This document shows positions 54,410 through 64,000 of a DNA stretch of 64,000 nucleotides, in pieces. The position numbers and the translations under genes are program-made. Below the pieces are notes generated by a model. The model made no database searches. It was not told the DNA's origin and was given only the letters and a program-made list of their open reading frames with translations. Positions within the stretch are counted from its first letter, which is position 1, and every line of letters starts with the position of its first letter. Origin of the DNA: Hormiphora californensis (taxonomy: Eukaryota; Animalia; Ctenophora); assembly GCA_020137815.1 (NCBI GenBank), contig CM035356.1, positions 6,262,001 through 6,326,000 on the forward strand, given 5' to 3'.

Positions 54410-55378
54410 CTAAAACTTCCCCATATTTTTGATCGGCAGGACATTGACCACAGAGCTCTGCTGTCCACCCTGGAACCCCCTCCTAACAGCCTTGGTCCTC
54501 GCCCATACCCCCACATGACCTGCACTCTGTATCAATGGTATCAGGTGGGTAGCTATGAAGGCCAGGAAGTCTCGACCTGTGGTGAAGGTGGCTTGGTGTT
54601 CAGGGGCACTACCCAGGTAGGAGATTGAGAATATCAGGGTGATAACATTCATGGCCACCATCGCGAGGGTATTAACTTTGAATTGGAGAGCCGGTCTGCT
54701 GACTGCTGTTCTCTTCTTGATTATGTGCACTAGGAGAACAACCAGGAGAATCACACCCAAAACCAGAGAGATAATATTGACGATGTGGCGTGCTTTCAGA
54801 CCACTCATAAGAATGGAATCAGGATTGCTGCTGATCAGCTCTTGTGTGGGTCTGAAACACCAGAATGAGAGCTAGGATCTGGATCAGGAGAGGAAGAGGA
54901 GGGGAACAGTGGACAGGAATGATGATGAAGATCACGCCAAGGTGGATGGCTGAGGTGATGATTACCGGGATGAAGAGAGGAGAATTTAGCTGTTACCATG
55001 ACAACTAATTCCAAACAGAATCACCAGGTAGACCTCCCCTGAGAGCAGGTGAGATAGGGAGGTCAGGAGGGTGTGGGCCCATGTATGGGTAGGAGAGAGG
55101 TATGGAGGGAGGGTGGAGGAGAGGAGGAAGGGAGTCAGGATTACCGGGAGGAGGATTAACCGGAAATGATCGACTAGCGAAATACCGAGAAGTAGAGTTT
55201 CTTGGAACCCAGTACACCGACCCCGCCAGTGAAACCGAACCACCCACGGGCTCACGAGGACGCCAACCAGAAATAGAAGGATAAGGAGGATAGATAGGAA
55301 GTAATTTAGGAAGATATCACCACCATTTCCGGGTCGTATTGGGGCTCCAAACAGGACAACTTCACCGAACACCGCCAT
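54410..55378 (-). pseudogene. Intronless 7TM/GPCR-like gene with at least two frameshifts (pseudogene or assembly indels)
   Basis: Hydrophobic helices in ORF 54986-55378 (three TM-like), an intervening frame (LFIPVIITSAIHLGVIFIIIP) and ORF 54410-54808 (three TM-like). Confidence 0.55.
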
Positions 55379-55554
55379 GACAATCTGTAACTTTATGTAG
55401 AGGAAGTTTGGAGGAGAAGTAACACTTTTCAATATCAACCCCGAATAGTAAAGGAGTCTGAGTCACAATCAAGACAGGGTGGTTTAGGTGCGAAAACGAG
55501 ACAGCTCGAGCGATATGGGGGAGGAGGAGGACAGTTTGATAGGAGTCAGAAAGC

Positions 55555-55652
<98 letters not shown>

Positions 55653-55777
55653 AAAGAAAGAGATAGATGGTGGGACGTCAAAGAGCAATCGTTAGTGCAC
55701 CACCTGCCCATATATCCATGACAGCTGGAGGAGCCTCTCAAAGTCAAACTACTGCTCATATATAGGGATAGGCTGAG

Positions 55778-55853
<76 letters not shown>

Positions 55854-56326
55854 GGAAGAGAGGACTATAAAAGATTACAAATAGGAATATAACGTACAAG
55901 GATCTGCAAGATGATCTGCAGCTTCTCTATATTAACAGTATCGCCATCTCGAAATAATGCTAAGGAGAGTTCGTCATTTATTTTATTTTCTAACAGCTGC
56001 GTGATGGTGCAGAGAATAAAATAGAAAATATTCAACGGCAAAATACAATACCGAGACTTTTCGAATTTTGGGCACCAGCGTGTTTGCCCACCACCACCCT
56101 GACCCCCCATCTCGGTCCCTGCTTACTTGGTTTGTTGTCTCCCTGTTCCACCTTTCTCGTAGTCTCCCCAAATATCAAACTCTTGTCTCGCACTGAAACA
56201 AGAGAACTAAATATTAAATGGAACAAGTTACAGATCATTACATGTTACATATGACGTCAGCAATGTAACACTCAACTAGTTACAGCTGTAAATATAGACT
56301 TGTCACTAACTGACTCAGACAGACAG

Positions 56327-57158
56327 GGGGGGGGGGCGGCTGAAGTTTTTGAAGTTTTTGAAGTCAACTTCAAAAACTTCAAAGAGAAACTTAGGGTGGA
56401 AAACTTCAAAAACTTCAAAAACTTCAAAAACTCATATCTCCTTAACCGTTGGAGGTAGACCCTATGTTGCTTCATAACTCTTATATAAACTTGCATATTC
56501 CGAACAAGATACACCCCTTTAAAAAGCCTATAGTCACTCATAAACCATTAAAACTGATCTAGCCCAAAAAAAGTCATGCGCACACACAAAATTATAAAAA
56601 TATCACATTATCCCTCGAATTAGATGAGGTAGAGACTTCATTTTGGTACGTACCCCCACTAACTCGAGGCCGCTGATGATTTTGGTGTCCATATTTTTTT
56701 TCACTACTCCCTTCATTAAAAAATTGCATTTTGTAAAACTTGCAAAAAGGGTGTGGCCCCCAAAAAAATTTTTGAAAATTCACTTCATAATTTTTAAACA
56801 CTTTCTTAGCATTTTCTAGGCAATTTTTTGAGTTATAGAATGAAAATAAAATCGGTTTTTACAAAAAAATTATATTTTTACACCAAATTGTACCATGGAT
56901 TTCATGGCTAGGAATCATTGTAAATATCCTAATTTGTGGTAGAAAAAGGGCAGAAAAGGACGGATAACTTTGCCACAATATGTATTAAGTATGAAACTAA
57001 CCTAAATAGGTGTAATAATAGTCATTGATAGCATATAAAAGTATTTTAGAGTTTTTGAAGTTTTTGAAGTTTTTGAAGTCAACTTCAAAAACTTCAAAAA
57101 CTCAAAAAGTAGGGTGGAAAACTTCAAACTTCAAAAACTTCAGCCGGCCCCCCCCCCC
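56327..57158. mobile_element. Non-autonomous DNA transposon with poly-G/poly-C TIRs and 8-bp TSD
   Basis: G-run CGGCTGAAGTTTTTGAAG.. / ..CTTCAAAAACTTCAGCCGG C-run; TSD ACAGACAG at 56319-56326 and 57159-57166; 9-bp subterminal repeats. Confidence 0.85.
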
Positions 57159-57321
57159 ACAGACAGTTTTACAGCCAGACATTGTTACACTATTCTAAGA
57201 CATTATCATTATCAATACGGAAAGTAATCAAAACTACATAGTTGTCATATCGCTCATGCGATAGTCTCTAGTGGATTCCCGCAAATCCAGGCACTCTGAG
57301 CCTGCTAAAAGATGCAAGTTA

Positions 57322-57813
57322 TCAATTACCAGAAGTTTTGAGGGTGTAAGGAACATCTTTCTTTCCATCCTCACCATTGTTATGGGCAGGACTAATAAGG
57401 GCAGCATGAGGGGTGTTACCAACATTTAACATGGCAGCCACCTCAGATTTCTCTAACAAACCGTCCTTATTTACATCATACCTGGAAAGAATACCGTGAG
57501 TTAGAATAGTGAAGTCTGAAGAGTTTATACCAGGATAATCCTGGATAATTCAGGTCCTGAAGAGAATATAGTGAAGAGATGAGAGGCGCCAACAAAACGA
57601 GGAGTGTTAGCCCCGTACCATTGTTTCCAAAAAACGTGGCCGGTTGGTGGCCGGTGAGATGACGCGTTTAGTTTTACTACTTTACAGAATTTGACATTTG
57701 TTAAAAGTCAATTAGACCCAGCGTGGACAGAATAACGAAATTCAAAACAGAAATACACAAAGTAAATGGGCAGTGCAGGGGCTGGGGCAAATAACAAGCA
57801 GACAGCAAATACA

Positions 57814-57892
<79 letters not shown>

Positions 57893-58823
57893 TTTATAGA
57901 AAAGATAGAAAAGCTCGTAATGGCCCCCACCCAGGGCTCTCACCCAGGGTTGTGTGTGGAGAGAAAGGGAGAGCTTGCTAACCTAGATCTTACACATCTG
58001 TCTCTCTCTATTTTTCTATATTTATTCCTCTCTACAACTCTCTAGATGTACAACTCAACTCAACGCCCTCTTTCTCTCGTATACACAGAGTCACGGGCGA
58101 ATTTGAATAAATCAGGGCTGAGATAGGTGATGGAGAAAGGACTATCCGATGGATACGTGTCACGTGAGATAAAAAGGCACGGGGTGGACCACAACGAGAT
58201 GGTTCATAGACAACTCTATGAACCATCGTTGCATGAGCCCTATCTAGCGGCTCCGATCCGATCTGAATGGGGGATAGGAGGAGGGCGTAATCTTTAAAAG
58301 TGACACCAGTCATATTCTTCTACAGTCGGACACCGATTTACCGGGATGCTCGGGGAATGAGTTTTTTTCCGGTAAATTGGGTCCAGTCGTACTAACTTAT
58401 CAATAAGAGCAATGACATCCCTTGAATACTGTGCAATCCGATCTGCTGTGATGTGAGATCCAGATGATTCCAGCAAGAGATCCCGCATAAAGTCCTTCAT
58501 CTCACCATATTGAAGGTGTCCACTGCCATCCCTGTCATACGTTGCAAACACCTGTGAAGAGAAATGGAATCAATTTTGTGAAAATAAGGAATATTATGTA
58601 AAATGTAAATTTTGTATAGTTAAATGGCAAATGAGTGAACGATCATATTCTTCATGTAATGGGAGTTGAGACGATTATACAGAAAAATTCGAAAGGTAAT
58701 TTTCACAGAATTCAGCACTCTTTCTCAAATCTTCTGCCCTCTCTCTCTCACCTGTTCAAATTCTGAAGTGCTAAGAATAATTCCACCATCCCTTATCTCC
58801 TTGAGCGTGCTTCCTCGGCGCAT
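57322..58823 (-). CDS. EF-hand calcium-binding protein (calbindin/calretinin-like); 3' end uncertain
   Basis: Exons 58752-58823 (MRRGST..SEFEQ), 58397-58551 (YDRDGSGHLQYGE) and 57322-57481 (YDVNKDGLLEKSE). It may instead splice on to exon-like pieces at 55897-56192. Confidence 0.7.
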
Positions 58824-59153
58824 GGTGCTGATACTAGATCAACACTAGATCTATGTATGTTCTAACCTGCCATCTTGACAAAACAGTTATTTAATTGGAA
58901 TTATCTGAATGAATTAGGGTTGCTAGGAAACAATGTTGCTAGGAAACAATGTGGGGGGGAGTGCTAGGAATGAATAGAGTTGCTGGGAAACAATGTTGCT
59001 AGAAATAATCGGGGAGTGGTAGAAATCAATGGGGGAGTGCCGCAACAGAGGACGAAGGACGTGCAGATACTCGCAACACTACCAGAACTTAAAATTCAAC
59101 ATGCCTGGTATAGATACCATCGAACTCTCCCTTTAACTTCATCTATGTGCTAT

Positions 59154-59251
<98 letters not shown>

Positions 59252-60316
59252 GTTCTCTAGTTGAAGCCAATGGTTGACCATGTGCACACATTATAATGAC
59301 TTTGTCTCCGCCGTGTAGAGGGAGAGCAGCTAGGGAAGAAGGTGGGGGGATGGGAAGATGTAGAAATAACAGGGAGAACCTTTCATCCAGTCTTCAGAGA
59401 TGAAACGTGATTTGAGGGACAGTCAGGATACATCGAGTGAGAAATAAAAGGGGGGGGGGGGCAAAATGATCATCATGGTCATACGTCTTTAGTAGAAGGA
59501 CACATCTAATCTGCTTTTGAACAGACACACACAAAGAGGAAGTAAGAGAGCAAATTAAATCCTTTCGAACACGTGAACTAGCACATCCCCCCGTACATTT
59601 TAATGGTTTGTAGACGCGGACATAAAGATGGAACACACCGACAGACACATCTGGAAACTTTGAAACTTTTTCAGGGGATCCCCCTGCGATCAGGACAGGA
59701 TTTAAAGTCACTTCAAGATATTATACTTCCTGGATTTACAGTATAAATTACAGTTTTCACGACAAAACTGTTAATTGATATGGTTCACATGTTTGATAGT
59801 TATATATTCACTCAATTAGTGATGGTGCTACAGTAACCAGCAACTACCCAATTATAACTGCAATTACTATCGGATGCAGACAGCTAGCAGACAACCTGCA
59901 CCACACCACTCCCTCCTGCACTGCAGCTCTTTTAGTTATGTTGCATGGGAAATATATTAGGCCTGATAATAAATCGGGTTAGCAGTTCGAAAATGCACGT
60001 ACAACTAGCCCATACATATATTGTTTTCTGGAGTTTATATCATGGTTAATTGCATATGTGTTCATGCACTGTTCAGATGCACTGTTATCTAATTTCAACC
60101 ACTAAATGTATTTTCATACCCATTTCTATTTCGCCTTGTAAATATATTTTGCTTCATATGAGATTATCTGTCGTGTTTCAATGAAACTTTCATGCTGGTT
60201 GGCGAGTTCTCTCCATTTCTATTTTGAACCGTTTGAATTTTATAGTTGCTTGTTAATTTTATGCTTTTTAGAAACAGATTTAAATGACATATTATCTATT
60301 TACTCGTTCATGTATA

Positions 60317-61777
60317 CAGTCGGACCCCGATTTAACGGCCCCCGATTTAGCGGCACCCCGATTTAACGGCAGGATAAATTTCCCCCAACAATTTTTTGAA
60401 ATTTTTTTTGAAAATTTTTTGAAAATTTTTTGAAAATTTTTTGAAAATTTTCCAAAGGTGTTTCAACCACGTCCGAATCTTGTTTCGAATCAGTGCATCT
60501 TATTGCAGGTCTTACCCGTAATTAGACGGTTCGAAACGAACAGATATGTGATCCCCATGAGGCCAATCGAGTCGCAATTTTGACGCTTGTTAAACTGGCC
60601 CCATGGGGATCACGTATCGGTTCGTTTCGAACCGTCTAATTAGCGACAGGACGTGCGATAAGATGCACTGATTCGAAACACGATTCGGACGTGGTTGATA
60701 TATCTTTGAAAAATTTTCATAACTTTTTTTTGGAAAATTTTACAGAATGATTGTCAATGCTTTGATCGGTGCTCCCCATGAATTTTCAGAGAAAAAGATA
60801 TTTTGAAATTCGAATTCTTCCTCACCCCGCTTAAAGGGCCTAAAAACCCAACTTTTACTTAATTATTTTGAACACTACATCGTAACAAGCATGCTATTGG
60901 AGTCCCAAAAACATAGGTTCACGCCCCACCCGCCCAATGTGAGCCCAGGGGGAGCCCCTCAAGTTGGGGCCCATTTGGGGTCCCCTTGTAAACGCGCTTG
61001 TACTCCTTGAAATGCTAACAATATGATCCTCTCTGAAATTTGAAGTTTTGGGTAAAATTTAGCCTTGTGTTTCAGGTGAGTACATAATCTTTCTTGTCTC
61101 TGTATTCTGGTAATTTTTCTCCTAGTTTTGATATGCTTAAATAATAATTGATGAGAAAGATTATGAAATCTACTAAAACACAAGGATAGTTTCTATCCTA
61201 AATTTTATATTTGAGAGAGGATCATATTGTTAGCATTTCAAGGAGTACAAGCGTGTTTACAAGGGGACCCCAAATGGGCCCCAACTTGAGGGGCTCCCCC
61301 TGGGCTCACATTGGGCGGGTGGGGCGTGTACCTTAGGTACAGTACCTATGTTTTTTGGGACTCCAATAGCATGTTTGTTACGATGGAGTGTTCAAAATAA
61401 ATAAATAAAATTTGGGTTTTTAGGCCCTTTAAAGTGCCCCGATTCGGCATGGTATCACGTATCGGTTCGTTTCGAACCGTCTAATTAGCAGCAAAACATG
61501 CGATAAGATGCACTGATTCGATATACGATTCGGACGTAGTTGATATACCAGTACACGTACCTTAGAAAATCTTTAAAATTATTTTATTTTTCTAACCAGA
61601 AATGATCATGTAATCAATACATGGACATAGCATTTACTTAGAGGTGTTTTAGTATAGTATTTTGGACAAAAATAGGGTTTTATGGGCCAAATATGCTCTA
61701 CCCCGATTTAACGGACACCCCGATTTAACGGACAAAACCCTTTCCCCCGAGGGTGCCGTTAAATCGGGGTCCGACTG
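60317..61777. mobile_element. Non-autonomous pogo/Tc1-type element (CAGT ends, TA TSD) containing nested palindromic elements
   Basis: TA|CAGTCGGACCCCGATTTAACGGC..GCCGTTAAATCGGGGTCCGACTG|TA; subterminal CCCCGATTTAACGG repeats; internal inverted repeat at about 60443-60700. Confidence 0.88.
60834..61429. mobile_element. Nested about 600-bp fold-back MITE with TA TSD
   Basis: AAGGGCCTAAAAACCCAA..AGCCCAGGGGGAGCCCCTCAAG..ATCCTCTC inverted against 61213-61429. Confidence 0.85.
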
Positions 61778-61892
61778 TACATTTAATAAATGCAGTCTGC
61801 GTAGTGCGTAGAGTCTACGGTAGGAAAATATTAGACGGAGTAAAGCTTTATAACTCTCATACATTATATTCCTAATTTCTAATTCTAAGAAA

Positions 61893-63981
61893 ATGTTGCT
61901 CCTGTTATTCCTGATGATGCCCGGTCTGACCCCCCTGGTGGATGCTTTACAGTGCTACTCTTGCTCAACATACTCGTCTGATGAGATGGAGGTAAGGGAG
62001 GGAGGAGAGGGGTGCTATCTACAGCTAAGGGAGGGTGTAGGTGAGGTGCTTATAGCTGTTTCAAGATCATTGTCCCGTCTAGACTTGTACTGTTTGTTAC
62101 ATTTTCCCTCCTCGTTGACTATCTCGGCCTCCTTTTCGCGAGCTCCGTTTGAATAAAACAACCTCCTCGCAGATCCTGGTCCGTGAAGGGCACACATAAC
62201 AATTTCCCTTCTCACTAGGTTCTGGTCCGTGAGGGGCACACGTGGGAGAGTGGAGCTGCCGTCCTCGACAGGGCATGTCAGGAGGGGGTGATGGTGGAGT
62301 GTATGAGCTCGCAGAGGAAATGTGTCAATGCAACCGTGAGGTATAGTGAGGTACCGTGAGGTACTGAGAGGTACAGTGAGGTAGAAGTACAGTGAGGTAT
62401 AGCCTGTCTGGCGGCGCCAGACCCCGATTTTATTCTTTAATCTGAGCGTACTACAGTGCGCTCGGATGGGGTCAGACAAGGTATACAGCAATTGGGAGAT
62501 TAAATCTATTAAAACTTCTGGACCACAGACAGCACCGTACTGAAGTTCTCACTGCCGTCTGTGGTGCCTCTAACTTCCGAGAACGGAACTTGGGTAGCCT
62601 TTAAAATAAGCTTTTAGAAGATTCTCCCAATAGAATCTGTGGTAACAATAAAAGGGTGCAACAATGACGCTTCCTTTAAAATTAAAATCAGTGGCATTGC
62701 GGCATAGCAACTTAGAGCACTTAGGAAATTGAACAATGAAAAATGAAGTCGTGCCAATAAAACAATTCAACGTTTGTCGTTAACTCTCTCCCTCAATCCA
62801 GGGCGTATTCAGAAAGGGATGTTGAAATTGGGCAAGTTCGATATTATGATTGTGCAGGACCATGGCTGGTGGCGGCACTATGCGATAAACTAAGTGAAGG
62901 GATCTCAATAGGTAATCAGTGTGATAAACTAAGTGAAGGCATCTCAATAGGTAATCAGTGTGATAAACTAAGTGAAGGGTAATCAGATAGAATGTGGATT
63001 GTGGCCTGGGTCAAATAGGGGGGGGGGGGTTAAACCGGGGGACTGGAACAAGTTTACCGAGACGAGAACTAAGAAGATACTCGATAAAATACCCCTGGCA
63101 TGAATAATTATTTTTCTTCAGGTTTTAGTTTAAACTCAACCACATGTACCAGGGACTGGTGCTGGGGAAACGGGTGTAACTCACCATACCCTCCAAAAGG
63201 TGATTATAGATTGGTAATGATCAATAAACTTAACTTATCTACCTCTCACCAGACCCGGCCCGACCAGCTTCTGCTTGGAGGGTGCTGGTGGAGGCTTAAA
63301 CCATGAAGAGTAGGAACTATATTTTGACTCTTTTATTTCTCAGATTCGATTACAGACAGTCCACCAGATGAAAAAAGGACCCCCGGCCCAAGTGCACCAA
63401 CAACAGCCGCGATTACAGAAACCAGGCCCATTGAGAACAAATTAGGAGACTTGCCGGAGGACAACGAGTTAGAAACTCAGAACGACCAGGAAATAATATC
63501 AGAACCAGATGAAATAGATGAAACTCCGTTGAATACTACCTCGGACAGGAATCAAAAACCAACGGAAGGTAACCTAACCACCTCGCAACCACAGGACACC
63601 ACAACACCCTGGGAGACAACATTCCCACCTACCATCTCCCAAACTACCGGGGGAAGGGGTTATACTGCTGGTAATGAGACAGATTGGGAGTTGAGTGCAG
63701 TGGTTGTAACAGAGGAAGAAGTAGAGGAGGAGGAAGATGACGAAAAAGAAGATGAAGAAGACGTAGTTGTCAAGGCGACGCAACCGACTCAAGAAGTTGT
63801 CCCCAATGGAAGTAATGATGAGGATCAAGGAGATGAACAGTTGGATAATGAGGTTGTTATTGGTGATCCAGAACAGACAAAGAAAGTAGAAGGAGATGAA
63901 AAGACTTCCAATGCCGCTAAACACTCGGCTAATTTTATCGAATTTTTGGCAGTTCTTTTAATCTTAACCAATTTTGTTTAG
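61893..63981 (+). CDS. Secreted/GPI-anchored Ly6-uPAR (three-finger) domain protein with an acidic Thr-rich stalk
   Basis: Exons 61893-61991 (signal peptide and ALQCYSC), 62219-62340, 62802-62911, 63122-63199 (CWGNGCN) and 63344-63981 ending SNAAK..FLAVLLILTNFV (GPI-signal-like). Confidence 0.8.
62881..62986 (+). repeat. About 2.7 x 39-bp duplication of a Ly6-gene exon end plus donor
   Basis: Unit TGYGATAAACTAAGTGAAGGSATCTCAATAG|GTAATCAG. Confidence 0.9.
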
Positions 63982-64000
63982 AATTACATTGTACGATATT

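Overview
Eukaryotic, intron-rich and microsatellite-rich animal DNA, most likely from a ctenophore (Pleurobrachia/Hormiphora-like). This is inferred from a genomic copy of what I recognise as the ctenophore spliced-leader (SL) exon. Host genes reconstructed by hand from GT-AG exons are PPP4R3/SMEK (-), ANKRD26-like (-), a two-RRM hnRNP/Musashi-like protein (+), LRRC51 (-), NOXRED1-like (-), a calponin-homology (CH) domain and proline-rich protein with an RVxF motif (-), a frameshifted intronless 7TM gene (-), an EF-hand protein (-) and a GPI-anchored Ly6/uPAR protein (+). Mobile DNA comprises a near full-length I/Jockey-group LINE, CR1 and CRE fragments and many MITEs. Four observations stand out. 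(1) The LINE's 5' end is a 42-nt spliced leader only 23 nt upstream of ORF1, suggesting a retrotransposon whose 5' end is made by trans-splicing. (2) A 49-copy, apparently perfect 34-bp array is built from an exon end plus splice donor; each unit also carries an acceptor and an in-frame 21-nt potential microexon. (3) Splice-donor-anchored tandem duplication recurs in five unrelated genes. (4) A partly inverted SL relic lies upstream of an intron-containing gene, and NOXRED1-LRRC51 form an operon-like pair. Exon coordinates were read by eye, and family assignments come from motif recognition without database searches.
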